Assembly (NCBI GenBank): GCA_038087875.1
Contig: CM075979.1
Location: 77,004,001-77,068,000, forward strand
Source: Malacoraja senta
Taxonomy: Eukaryota
DNA length: 64,000 nucleotides
Direction of reading: 5' to 3'
The notes under the pieces: generated by a model
Told to the model about the DNA's origin: nothing
The model's database searches: none
What the model saw: the letters and a program-made list of their open reading frames with translations, nothing else
In this document: in pieces, positions 12,618 to 25,272 of the stretch
Layout of the letters: every line of letters starts with the position of its first letter
Numbering within the stretch: position 1 is the stretch's first letter
Program-made: the position numbers and the translations under genes

Positions 12618-13596
12618 ATGGAAACATCGATGAGGTGGAGCAAGGCTTTGAAATGTTCTCATAGTAATAAGTTCATAATTTAATCAAGTTGGCGATGTCA
12701 GGGAGCGGCAAACCGCAGCAGAGTATCAAATATAATTTTCAAAACTATGGGTCATACAATTAACAAATAGCTTTTAGGTTACCATTTTGATTCATTTGAT
12801 TGTACCATGGTGAAACAGATGAGCATAGTAAGTTCATCCACTTGTGATATCATCCATATCCAATTGGCAAGGTACTAATATATCCTTAGATGTCAGGGAA
12901 AATTGATTGTGCATCTCATTCTGGGCAGTCAACCTTAACAATAAAGTCTTCATGCATGATGTGACACTGTGATCCCCCATAGTACTGTAAAGATAATTGC
13001 TCACGCTGAGTCAGGATCTCATGCTTTATTATAATTAAATGGAGCTCTACCCCCTTAATCAATGAAGGAAGGTTGTGCGGGCATCCTCAGTGCATTTCCG
13101 TGATCAACGCATTCATAATATTTTGTGACGCTTGCTTTCCATTCTACTTTACGACTTTGCTTCACTGAAGTTCCAAACATTGCTTTTCTTTATTGGCGTG
13201 ACCCCTGCCAGCCACGCTGGCTTCAACCATTGCATTACTCTCCTGATGATGAAGAAACAATAAAGCAACGGAGGCATGAGCTTCAAGCAGGTATATTGCT
13301 TTTGAGCAAACGCTCTCCGTCAAATTGCAAATGTTCATGCCAATCCACATGTACAGCAGAGTTTTCCCAGTTATTTATGCTACTTTCCCATGAATTCATC
13401 TCCACGCTTCCTGCACTAGCTGTAACAAGCTGTTCTCTGCAATCACTTTACATTTGAGCTGTGCATAAAATGAACCATTCTCTGTCTGCCCCTCCTAAAT
13501 CACCTTCCACAGGATTCTTCTCCTTTTCTGTATACTTGTTGCGGCATTTTTCTTCATCGTCAGAACCAGCAACGAGGCAGAATCAAGTTCAGTGCA

Positions 13597-14519
13597 CAAA
13601 AATGCTGGAGAAACTCAGCGGGTGCAGCAGCATCTATGGAGCGAAGGAAATAGGCAACGTTTCGGGCCGAAACCCTTCTTCAGACTGATAGGGGGTGGGG
13701 AGAAGAAAGGAAAAAAGGAAAAAAGGCGGAGTAGGAGCCCGAGGGCTGGGGGAGGGGAGGAGACAACCAGAAGGGGAGGGGAGGGGACAGCAAGGGCTGG
13801 CAGAATTGGGAGAATTCAATGTTCATGCCCCCAGGATGTAGACTGCCCAAGCGGAATATGAGGTGCATTTCCTCCAATTTCCGGTGTTGCTCGCTGTGGC
13901 CATGGAGGAGACCCAGGACAGAGAGGTCAGATACGGAATGGGAGGGGGAGTTGAAGTGCTGAGCCACCGGGAGGTCAGGTTGGTTATTGCGGACCGACCG
14001 GAGGTGTTCGGCGAAAACGATCGCCAAGCCTCCGCTTGGTCTCACCGATGTAGATCAGCTGGCATCTAGAGCAGCGGATGCAATAGATGAGGTTGGAGGA
14101 GATGCAGGTGAACCTCTGTCGCACCTGGAACGACTGCTTGGGTCATTGAATGGAGTCGAGGGGGGTGGTGAAGGGACAAGTGTTGCATCTCTTGCGGTTG
14201 CAAGGGAAAGTACCCGGGGAGGGGGTGGTACGGGAGGGAAGGGAAGAATTGACAAGGGAGTTACGGAGGGAGCGGTCTTTGCGGAAGGCAGGCATGGGAG
14301 GAGATGGGAAGATGTGGCGAGTGGTGGGGTCACGTTGGAGGTGGCGAAACTGACGGAGGATCACTTGTTGTATGTGACGGCTGGTGGGGTGAAAGGTGAG
14401 GACTAGGGGGACTCTGCCCTTGTTGTGAGTGGGGGGATGGGGAGAGAGAGCAGTGTTGCGGGGTATGGCAGAGACCCTGGTGCGAGCCTCATCTGGGGTG
14501 GAGGAGGGGAACCCCCGTT
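13597..14519 (-). mobile_element. Penelope-like retroelement (Neptune-type), 5'-truncated
   Basis: Cys-rich linker CNRKRCNTC and GIY-YIG endonuclease (one nonsense codon), then a hammerhead-bearing 3' terminus. Flanked by 14-bp TSD TCAAGTTCAGTGCA (13583-13596, 14520-14533). Confidence 0.92.
13656..13683 (-). ncRNA. Minimal hammerhead ribozyme motif in the PLE terminus
   Basis: CTGAAGA-A-GGG-TTTCGG-CCC-GAAA-CGTT. Matches the CUGANGA/GAAA/UH core with a palindromic ACGU stem III, as established for PLE pLTRs. Confidence 0.75.
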
Positions 14520-14759
14520 TCAAGTTCAGTGCATTTCATTTCCTTATGGTACCCCGAAAATCTCCCAGAGATATTGGCCCTGTTATGGTGGACAGACTTC
14601 CACCTGCTGCGTGTGTCTTGGTTGCTAACCAGTCTGCAGAGGAGCCGATACTTGCATTGCTTGCAAACAGTGATGATTTGAATATGCCAACTTTCAATTG
14701 TAACTGGGTCAGCTCTTGATGCTTAATGTGTGCGCCAACAGCTTTATGCGTGCTTTGTC

Positions 14760-15070
14760 CTTAGACCTTAGACCTTAGAGATACAGCCTGGAAACAAGCC
14801 CTTCACCCCACTGAGTCCATACTGACCAACTATCGCCCCGTACACTAGCACTACCCTCCACACGTGGGGGAATTTACAATTTGCAAAAGCCAATTAACCT
14901 TCAAGCCTGTATGTCTTTGGAGTGTGGAAGGAAACCAGAGCACCTGGAGAAAACCAATGCGGTCACAGGAAGAACATACAAACTCCGTACAGACAGCACC
15001 CGTAGTCAGGATCGAACCCAGGTTTCAGGCACTCTAAGGCAGCAACTCTACTGCTGCGCCACTGTGCCGC
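14760..15070 (-). mobile_element. HE1-type V-SINE
   Basis: Full head, V-domain and tail. Confidence 0.88.
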
Positions 15071-15609
15071 GTAGTCATTGCTTAATTCTGGCACAGGCAC
15101 AACAGGCTGAATGGCCTCCTACTGTGTTCTACGTTCCTATAAAGCAGACTGTTTATCTTCTGCTTATGCTGTAAATCCTGCTGTCTAGCCTCCATTAACG
15201 GATTGTAAATTGCAGTAAAGGAAAAATCTACAGAAAGGTCACATAATATAGACCTTGGGAAACGTACTGTCATTTATATCCAATTTACAGCACAATAGCA
15301 TATCCTTTGTAGTTGAGAGAAGAATTTCATCTTTACATGAAAATAACTAGTGAGGCAAAATAACTAGTGTGGCCCAAAACAAAAAGTGCTGGAAACACTC
15401 AGCGAGTCGTGCAGCATCTGAGGCAAGAGAAACAGTCTTAATGTTTCAGGTCTGGGAGCCTCCATCAAGGCTTTATTTTCCCTTTATTGTGATTAGAACC
15501 TCCATCCACCTCACTATGAAGTGGGTGCTTGGAACCCCTTCCTCCATCTGGTACCACTTGATATCAGCCAGTTTGTACATTTCCCCGTTCTAATTGTTGG
15601 TGAATCCAG

Positions 15610-16082
15610 ACTTGTTGTTTACAAGAATTATCCCAGGAATCAGTAGGTTAACCTATGATGAGTGTTTCTCGGCACTGGGCATGTACTCGCTGGAGTTCAA
15701 AAGAATGAGGGAGGACCTCATTGAATAGTGAAAGGCTTGGATAGAGTGGATGTGGAGAGGATGTTTCCACTAGCGGGTGAGTCTAGGACCAGCCTCAGAA
15801 TTAAAGGACGTTCTTTTAGGAAAGAGATGAGGAGAAATGTCTTTAGTCAGAGGGTGGTGAATCTGTGGAATTCTTTGCCACGGAAGGCTGTGGAGGCCAA
15901 ATCAGTGGATAATTTTAAGGCAGAGATAGATAGATTCTTGATTAATGCAGGTGTGAGATGTTATCGGGAGAAGGCTGGAGAATGGGGTTAGGAGGGAGAG
16001 ATAGATCAGCCATGATTGAATGGCGGAGTGGACTTGGGCGGTGGAATGGCCTAATTCTACTCCAATTCCTCATGACCTTATG
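15610..16082 (+). mobile_element. CR1 3' fragment
   Basis: KGLDRVDVERMFPL...QRVVNLWNSLP...EKAGEWG followed by 3' UTR. Confidence 0.88.
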
Positions 16083-16828
16083 ATCAATTCCCAGTCGAGG
16101 ATAGGATCTGTCTTACATATGTGCCGCTGAATGACCTAGTGGGTAAAATCACAGGGTCAAATATGCAGAGAGTAGCAGATTCTTGATGGAGGAGCACTTA
16201 CTTCGCTTGCCATTAGCCCATCTAACGTATCTAGATTTTACTTATGCAAGTTTAGTAAGTTAGAGAGGAGCCCATTGATTTCCATTGGGGATCATCTAGA
16301 TAGATGGCTATCTGCAATTTACAGCATCTTAATAACTGCTTCTCCCATTATGGAATGAAACACTGAATAAATGCAACACATGCTCGTTAAAGCAAGAGTT
16401 CAGTGTTTTGCATATTTAGACGAAAATCTGATCCATAATGCAGAAAATCTCTCTGGAAGCATTAGCTTAGGATGATGGTGATGGGACTGTGTGAACTAAT
16501 TTATAAATATATAATTCCTGGCTACATTTTTTCCAAATGCAGCAAAACATTTCTATGCTAAGATGCACTTGGTCCATTTTCAAGTATCCTGGCGCATGAA
16601 TTTATTAACAGAACATCATCAATCACTCGGCAGTTTTCTCGTCAATCACTGAGACACCTGAGCTAGAGTGAACCTACCTTCCATCATCTTCATGTCTGGT
16701 GTTTGGCGTTCCTTTGGCTGGTTGAAAATAGAGAGCTAATAATGGCTTGAGTCCTCTCAGTAGCTAAAGTAAAACTCCAGTAATCCAGCTCACCCAAGAC
16801 TTTGGTGACCCTGGATTGGCAAATTCTT

Positions 16829-17069
16829 CTTTCAGTTCAGTTTAGAGGTACAGCGCGGAAACAGGCCCTTCAGCCCACCGAGTCTGTGCCGACCAGATCC
16901 CCGTACACTAGCACTATCCTGCACACACTCTAGGGTCAATTTACAAGTTTATCAAAGTCAATTAACCTACAAGCCTGCACGTCCTTGGAGTGTGGGAGGA
17001 AACCAGAGCACCCGGGGAAAACCCATGTGGAACATACAAACTCCATTCAGACAGCACCCATAGTCAGGA
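16829..17069 (-). mobile_element. HE1-type V-SINE, head truncated
   Basis: Tail and V-domain. Confidence 0.82.
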
Positions 17070-17769
17070 TGCAGGAAATGGGACCCAGATCAGTTAAATG
17101 GGAGCACAAGAACCAAAGCCCCAATAGTTGAATGGGAGCATCGGTGAGTCAGAATGGAGCTCAGAATCTAGAGCCCCGGTGACAGGAATGGAGATCGGTA
17201 CGTGGGACCCCAGTAAGCAGGAGGAAGCACAGGAACTAGACCACCCTGTCAGTGGAAATGAGTGCAGGAGCAAGGTCTCGATGACTGGAAGAGAGCGTGG
17301 GGACTGGGGCCCCCGTGAGCCAATGTGCAGCAGAAATTACCTGGGGAGTCAGATGCTGAACAGATGCGGAAATTCCAAATAATCAACTATTGATTATCAG
17401 AGTTTCACAATAGGTGCTTCTCAAGGAAGCTGCAGGTTTGTGGCTTTCTTGAGGGTGCCATGTTGGCTTTTCATCCCTCCACTGAAACATGCCCTGCCAA
17501 TCCTAGTTTATCCTAGACTGGCACAATGGCACGACATCAGGGAAGGAGAGGAGACCTATATCTGGCTTTCGCAAACTGAGGGAATAGTGAGGAAGTCAAC
17601 CTGAGAAGCCCGGAAGCAGAAGCTAGATGCTCTTGCACGATGTGGAATAATTCTAAATTTTCAAATAGGAATTCCATTTATAACTGAAGAAAGATTTGCC
17701 GGGTTGATTTAGCAGAATTATTCTCATGGAAGATCGGGATTCTAGTCTATGAATTAACAGCTGACCCAC

Positions 17770-18093
17770 AGGGTGGCACGGTGGCGCAGCGGTAGAATAA
17801 TTACTGTCTTACAGCACTTGCAGCGCCAGAGACCCAGGTTCAATCCCGACTACGGGTGCTGTGTGTATGAAGTTTGTACGTTCTCCCCGTGACCGCATGG
17901 GTTTTCACCGAGATCTTCGGTTTCCTTTCACACTCCAAAGTCGTACAGGTTTGTAGAGGTTAAACTGGCTTGCTATAAATGCAAATTGTGCCTAGTGTAG
18001 GATAGTGTTAATGTGCAGGAATCGCTGGTCGGCGGGGACTCGGTGGGCCAAAGGGCCTGTTTCCACACTATATCTCTAAAGTAAACACAACTA
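17770..18093 (+). mobile_element. HE1-type V-SINE (9-nt head-duplication subfamily)
   Basis: A-box-like TGGCGCAGCGG, B-box-like GGTTCAATCC, V-domain and tail. Confidence 0.9.
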
Positions 18094-19187
18094 AGACAAC
18101 AACAGCCTAATACAATGGAACGTAGAATCACATTTTATAGATCACTTCTCCCGGGATGCATCCTGTGACATAAGAAGAGGTGCTGGTAGTATGGAAGTAG
18201 CCTTGGGCGTCCTCAAGATTGAGACGCCAGATCCCATGGTGTCCCTTGGCATCAGGTCAAGCATGAGAAAGGAAACTTTTTTTTTCTGGTTGCCAGCTAC
18301 TGCTCTTCCTCAGCTGTGCTCCTACATGTTGAGCAACACTCAGAAAAAAAGTCGGGATCGAACCGGGCTCTCTGGCGCTGTAAGTGGTGTAAGGCAGCAA
18401 CTCTATCGCTGCGCCACCGTGCCACCCTGTGGGGCATAGACTAGAATCCCGACCTTCAATGAGGGCAGAATCTCCTCTGGGTGGGGCACTCAGTCATTAG
18501 CAAGAAACGCTTGGTAGCACCACCACTGACAAATATTGACTCAGCAAAGGAAGTGAATGCCAGACTGAATCTGCTACAAGTAGTGTGTGCATCTAGACAA
18601 AGGAATATACCTATTTGACCTCACTCTCACCAATCCACCTCTGACATAGGATAGTACAGGTAGACATGAATCCCAGTCCACACAGAGAGAAAATCCTATC
18701 ACCATAGTTGTGCTAACTGGGATAGACTCAGAACTGATCTATGAGCTCAAAACAGTATGCAATGAAGGATCGACCGGAGGACTTCAACAAATAATTTCTT
18801 GATTTTTTTTGTTTATTATATATTATCTGCGTGTGTTGTGTTACAGGCCTGTTTTGTTGCTGCAAGTAAGAATTTTACTTTTCCGTTGACACCACATATG
18901 ATCATTAAACGCTCTTGACGACTTTGAAGAGATTTGGAAAGTGAAATAGTAAAATGATCTGACACGCTGAGTTCCTCCAGCAGTTTGTTTTTTCGCTCAA
19001 GATTCCAGCAAACTGCAGTCTCTCGTGAAATGTTGTGAACCATCAGTAGCAGTGGAATGTACACCACCACAATATGTACCCTCATGGCCTGAGTGTCTCT
19101 TACACTACCAAAACAATTAGACCAGGGTTTAATGAGTGTAAACCATGCCAGGATCAGCACATTTACTGAAAGGTGAAGAGCCACTGC

Positions 19188-19660
19188 TGAATGAATGAAT
19201 GAATACTTTATTGTCATTATAACATGTAAACATGTACAACGAAACTAGAAATGCCAACCAGTCAGTGCACACATTTTCTTAGAGCAAAAGTCTAAGATAA
19301 ACAACTAAAATAAATAACATGAAAAAAAAACACATTCTTCCGTCGATTTCCCAGTCCCTTTGGTGTGTAGCACACCTGTACTCATTTGGTGGCTACATTA
19401 AGTGTATTTATTGCTGTGGGATAAAAACTGTTTTTGAGTCTGTTTGTCCTTGTCCTCATTGATCTGTACCGTCTGCCTGACGGCAGCAGTACAAACAGGG
19501 AGTGACCGGGGTGGAAAATGTCCTTTATGATCTTCTTGGATTTTTTGAGACAGTGGGAACTGTGTAGGTCCTTCAAGGTGAGGAGAGCGCAGCCGATAAT
19601 CTTCTGGGCATTGTCAATTGCCCTCTGGAGCGCTTTCCTCTTAGCCGCTGTGCAGCTGGG
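19188..19660 (-). mobile_element. Rex1/Babar LINE 3' fragment
   Basis: CTAAKRKALQRAI...HPGHSLFVLLPSGRRYRSMRTRTNRLKNSFYPTAI, then AATAAA and an (ATTC)n tail. Confidence 0.88.
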
Positions 19661-20307
19661 AATATATTTCTCAGCCTTCACCGTCGCTGGGTCTAAGTTC
19701 TGGAGTTCCCTCTCCAATGGTACAGTGGGTGCACCTTCACCAGGGGAACTGCAATGGATCCTCTGTTCACTGGCAGTTCACTGCCAACATCACGGGAATA
19801 ATAGTTCAATGGTTCAAAGGTGCTTTTATTATTACGTGCAACAATAATGAAAGATCGGCACAATATAATCAGCAATAATGTAAGATAAATACTAGCCTTG
19901 CCAGTCTGCATACACACTGTAACTGAATGATTACCTGTATAGTTAGCATGGACATTACCAGCTAAAAGGACTCCTTTAATCCTCTACTCATCGATGATTC
20001 GGGTATAGATCTCCCAGTTGCCACCAAACCGGACCCATGCCTGTTAGCAGCACTTAAAGTCTTTCCTTTGGCAAGAGTCCCAGTTGGCTTCTCATCTATT
20101 AACGGTCTGTCCTTGCAGCACGACAGCATGCTAATGAAATTGTTAATTACATGTTAATTATAATCTTAATTTCATCCAGTTTATGTCTTCATTTTTGTCC
20201 TCTAGTTTAACCTGCCTCCTGAGCCCAGAAAGAGAAGCTAGGTAGTCATGTACCTGGAATGCAGATTGGTGCAATACAGCCAGCAGATGACAATGATTCA
20301 CTAAGCT

Positions 20308-20612
20308 GTTTAGTTTAGTTTAGTTTAGTTTAGTTTAGAGATACAGCGTGGAAATAGGCCCTCCGACCCACCGAGTCCCTGCCAACCAGCGATCACCCGT
20401 ACACTACTTCCATCCTACAATTTACAGAGGCCAATTAACCTGAAAACCTGCACGTCTTTGGAGTGTGGGAGGAAACCGGAGCACCCGGAGAAAATCCACA
20501 CGGTCACAGGGAGAAATACAAACTCCGCACAGACAGCACCCGTAGTCAGAATTGAACCTGGGTCTCTGGCTCTGTAAGGCAGCAACTCTACAGCTGTGCC
20601 ACTGTGCTGCCC
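20308..20612 (-). mobile_element. HE1-type V-SINE
   Basis: Full-length with a long (TAAAC)n tail. Confidence 0.9.
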
Positions 20613-22000
20613 CTTTTATGTCTATTTTTATATTTTATATTTGGAAGGTATGCAAGAAGGTAACAACTTTCATACTGGAATGGCATAGACACCAGCAAAG
20701 GAAATAGTTAACCTTGCAAAGCCATCCTCTGAAGACTAGTCTTTAACTGAGTGCTGTCTTGCTGAATAGTCAAGGGACAGCCTAATTCTTAAGGTCATAT
20801 TAACGAATAACTTATTTTACAGCAGAAGTAATTATGTGCCCTTCCGCTTGGCTTCGAGTAATACAGCGTATCATCTGCTCCGCCAGCTCCCAGCTTATGC
20901 TGGAAGTGCATGTTAGGAAAGGTCACCCTTCGAGTCTGCAACCAATTGCCACAATTGATCTCAAAGTGCCTGCCATTGGAGTCATCGTAGATGCCACAGC
21001 TCAAGCAATTCATTTATCCACTGACACAGCAAAGGCAGTGGATCTTATGTAGCACTGGCTAAGATACTGAAGGGCTGGTCATGCCCATTTGACTTGGTAA
21101 GGCTATCATACTGACATCTATCCAGAAATGTAAATGTTGGAAAACTTCCTAGTTCTCTTATCTAAAAAAAAGTTGAACATATCATACCTAAAGAACCACC
21201 ATTAATTTCCTTTCTATTATCCATAAAGTGACTAAGGGAGTTCTTGAAAGGTGTTAGTACTCAGAGGGTCCTCTGTGTCCTTGCATATGAACCACTGGAT
21301 GTTAACACGGAGGTAGCAATTAGGAAAGATATGTTATGTTAGATTTTAATACAAGAGGATTGATGTACAAGAAATTTGCAACCGAATAACAGAGCACTTT
21401 AAGATTCTTTAATTCTTTAATTCTTTACACTTCAATTCTTCATCCCACATCCACATTGACCTCTTTCTTCCACTGTTAAAGTGAGGCCCGATGCAAGCTT
21501 GAGGAACAACAACATCTTCCGTCTGGGCACATAACAGCCTTCCAGTTCCACCGCCAGATACTTGATTTTGCCATTGTATCAGTTGTCAATCTGCAATATT
21601 GACTCAACTTTCTTTTTTTTTTTTTGACCTCATCTTTCTTCTTTTCTCTTTTCTCTTTAGTTTCCTTCTGGGAGTGGAGGACTCAATGTTCTGCATTTAG
21701 CAACTCATACGTTCCTCCATTTGTGTTATTTGCCAACGTCTTCTCTCTCTGACTGCTCCCACACACATTGACCAAATAGCCTTGTTTTACTCCAGCAGAG
21801 CCATTCCTCACTCTCTTACCCACCCTGCAGCTTAATGAGCTTGTGTAGGAAGGAACTGCAGAAGCTGGTTTACACCCAAGATAGACACAAAATGCTGGAC
21901 TAACTGGAGTTTCAAAAGAACAAGCTTGTTTTGTTTCCTTCCCAGTTCTGACAATCTGAACTGGGATCTGAAAAATTAATTCTGTTTCTCTTTTCAAGAA

Positions 22001-22543
22001 TGGTGCAGCGGTAGAGCTACTGCCTCACAGCACCAGAGACCCAGGTTCGATCCTGACTACGGGTGTGGTCTGTACAGAGTTTGTGCGTTCTCCCCGTGAC
22101 CTGCGTGGGTTTTCTCCGAGATCTTCGGTTTCCTCCCACACTCCAAAGACGTACAGGTTTGTAGGTTAATTGGCTCGTTGTAAATGTAAAATTGTCCCTA
22201 GTGTATGTAGGGACAGTGGCGGACTGGCCAGGGTGTCAGCAAGTGGGCCCCTGATGAAGTGGGCCCCCTATATCAAGTGGGCCCCTGATGAAGTGGGCCC
22301 CCTATATCAAGTGGGCCCCTGATGAAGTGGGCCCCTGTTTATCAAGTGGGCCCTGATGAAGTGGGCCCCCTAGATCAAGTGGGCCCCTTATGAAGTGGGC
22401 CCCCTTTGTCTCCTGGCAACCAATATTTTTAGACCCAGTCCGCCACTGTGTAGGGTAGTGTTAATGTGTGGGGATCGCTGGCCGGTGTGGACTCAGTGGG
22501 CCAAAGGACCTGTTTCTACGCTGTATCTCTAAACTAAACTAAA
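22001..22543 (+). mobile_element. HE1-type V-SINE interrupted by a hAT MITE
   Basis: SINE sequence is continuous across the 22214-22448 insert. Confidence 0.88.
22214..22448. mobile_element. hAT-type MITE with an internal AAGTGGGCCCC array
   Basis: Perfect 14-bp TIR CAGTGGCGGACTGG / CCAGTCCGCCACTG. 8-bp TSD TGTAGGGA / TGTAGGGT (7 of 8 match). Confidence 0.85.
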
Positions 22544-22934
22544 AAAAAGTAGCAGGCACGTGGGGAAACTGAAACCACTCTGAGTCAAGTTGTGTTCTTA
22601 TTTCCATTGAGTCTAAGTGCTGGAACCTCCCAGACATAAGTAATGTAGGAGTATCCTTCCCCCAAATGGATAACAGCTGCTCAGCACCATTCTTACAAAG
22701 ACAATTATTGATCCAGTAGTGTGATCAGAAAATGGCAATGTCCTATGAATGAATAACAAACAACAGAGACAAATGTTCAAATGCGTATTAATTGGTTGTA
22801 AAGCACTTTGGGGTCAAGTGAAATGAACTTTACAAATATAAATGAGTCTTTGTTCATTAACCTCAGGAAGAACACAACCTAATGAACAAGAGTGACACTT
22901 GTCCATTTGCCTTAACCTACTCTAGGTGAGTTTG

Positions 22935-23525
22935 ATATTAGTACTGGTTTGTTATGGTCATGTGTACTGAGATGCGGTGAAAAATTTAGTTTTGTATGCT
23001 ATCCAGGCAGATCCTACCACAGACGAGCACATCATGTAATGCAATAAGGAAGATAAATAGAGGGCAGATTATAGTGTTACAGTTACTGAAATGCTGTAAT
23101 GAAAAAAGTGTAAGGGCCTTCACGAGATAGATTGGGATGAAGATTAAGAATTCATCCTTAGCAAATGAAAGGACCATTCAAGAGAATGGATGAAGCTGTA
23201 ATTAAATCTGGTGGTACATGCTTTTGTATCTTCTGCGTGACGAGAGGGGGGAGAAGAGGGAATGGCTGGGGTGTGAGCGGTCCCTGATTTTGCTAGGTAC
23301 TTTCCTGAGACAGCATGGCATAGATGGAAGCTATGGGGGAAGGATGGTTTCCCTGATAGACTGCGCAGTGTACACAACTCTCTGCAATTTCTTATGCTCT
23401 TGGGCAGAACGGTTGCCATTCCAAGATGTGATGCATCCATAATAGTATGTTATCCATACATATCTATAGAAATTGGTAAGAGTAATTGGGGATATGCCAC
23501 ATTTCCTTTGTATTCTGAGGATGTT
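22935..23525 (-). mobile_element. Degenerate Rex1/Babar 3' fragment
   Basis: LTNFYR...GCITSWNGNRSAQEHKKLQRVV, with a GTACACATGAC-type tail. Confidence 0.75.
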
Positions 23526-23554
23526 TTCTGATTCAATATGATCGGTTAGCAAAC

Positions 23555-23847
23555 TATGGTCTGTTATGGTATGGTACTTTATTTGTCACACGTACCAAGG
23601 TACAGTGAAATTTATTTTTGTATGCAGTCACAGTACAAATTCGAACTTCGAAACATATTAGATAAGCATCTCAGATACAGTACTAGTGTGTAGCAGTAGT
23701 ACACTGAGGCAGTAAACAGAGTCGCCAGTTTGGTGCCATTTTCAAGTCCAAGTTGTTGTAAGTGCAGGGATCTTGATCTGACCATGAAGGTCTGTTGTCC
23801 TGGCGGCGTTGCAGGGTCGGCCTGGCCAAGCGTAGCCGTGGTGTCCT
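23555..23847 (-). mobile_element. 5'-truncated copy of the GC-rich element at 36647-37265
   Basis: About 130 bp near-identical to 37015-37140, with the same tail and (TACCA)n end. Confidence 0.85.
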
Positions 23848-24584
23848 TCACCTTTTCAAATTGTTCTAATTTTTAATACAGGTGTTACAAGAAGATTACT
23901 AACATTTTAAATATATATATTTTTTATTAAGTAAGGTGGTCAGGCCGTTAAACAGCTTAAGCAGTTTATAGGATGACGAACTACCATAGACACCGACAGC
24001 AAGGAACGATATGCATACCGGCACCTGTTTATCTGTGACAAAAACCACTGCCTCCATCTATTACAATGGGTTGAAATCTCAATTGTGACACTGTCAGAAT
24101 TACTAACAATCTTCTCTTAAATCTTCCTTTCATGTTTGGTGATCTTCCATTCATGAGGAACAATTGACTTCCCGAACCAACCAACGTGGCCTAGAATGGA
24201 GACTACCACAGCCCATTAGATCCCTGACGTGAACGTCTCCCCCTCCTTCCCACCTGCCACCTGGAGCACCCGGCCTCAAGACCAGACCACTGGACCGGCC
24301 CAAACAGAACTCCAGGAGCGGCCAGCTGTGTGGACCGACACGACTTGACTGCTGACGTTGGAACCATGGACTGTGATCGCAGCAGGAACCAGCAATCTAC
24401 TGCTCTTTCCAAGGCCCAACCAGGAGAAGCACAAAGATCTGCGGGAGCGGACAACTTCGCCACCCGACCCCAAGGTCCGACTGGACAGTGGTCCCGACTT
24501 TGTGGAGTTCTCAACACCACGACCCCACATTAGGGCCCAAGCAGACCATAGGTCTGACCCTCAGGAGTCCAAACACTGTGATCT

Positions 24585-24926
24585 GAGAGGAATAGATCGG
24601 GTAGATGCACTGAATCTCTTACCCAGAGTATGGGAATCGAGGACCAGACGACATTGGTTCAAGTTGAAGGGGGAAAGATTTAATAGGAATCTGAGGGGTA
24701 ACTTTTTCACACAAAGGGTGGTGACTGTGTGGAATTAGCTGCCAGAGGAGGTAGTTGCAGCTGGGACTATCCCAATGTTTAAGAAACTGACAGGTACATG
24801 GATAGGACAGGTTTGGAGGGATATGGACCAAGCAGGCAGGTGGGACTAGTGCAGCTGGGGCATGTTTGCCGGTGTGGGGAAGTTGGGCTGAAGGGCCTAT
24901 TTCCACACTGTATCACTGGATGACTC
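24585..24926 (+). mobile_element. CR1 3' fragment
   Basis: RGIDRVDALNLLPR...FFTQRVVTVWN. Confidence 0.85.
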
Positions 24927-24949
24927 TTTCTGTATCCATGTCCCCACCA

Positions 24950-25272
24950 GATAGAGTCATAGAGTCACACAGCATGGAATCAGGCTCTTCGGCCCAACTT
25001 GCCCACACTACCAAACATGTCCCAGCTACATTAGTCCCATCTGCCCGCGTTTGCCCCATATCCCTCCAAACCTGTCCTATCCACGTACCTGCCTAACTAA
25101 CTGTTTCTTGGGATAATCCCTGCCTCAACTACCTCCTCTGGCAGCTCGTTCCATACATCACCACCAATTTGTATGAAAAAATTACTGTTCAGATTCGTAT
25201 TAAATCTTTTCCCCTTCACCTTAAACTTATCTCCTCGATTCCCCTACTCTGGACGAGAGACCCTGTGCATCT
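24950..25272 (-). mobile_element. CR1 3' fragment, tail-to-tail with the previous copy
   Basis: Reverse-complement similarity to 24585-24926. Confidence 0.85.

Noticed and set aside
13125-13457. 110-aa ORF with a possible exon ending at CAG|GTATAT
   Set aside because: Weak splice signals and no recognisable protein
22241-22405. CRISPR-like repeat array (also 48774-49120)
   Set aside because: No unique spacers, eukaryotic context and no cas genes; these are minisatellites
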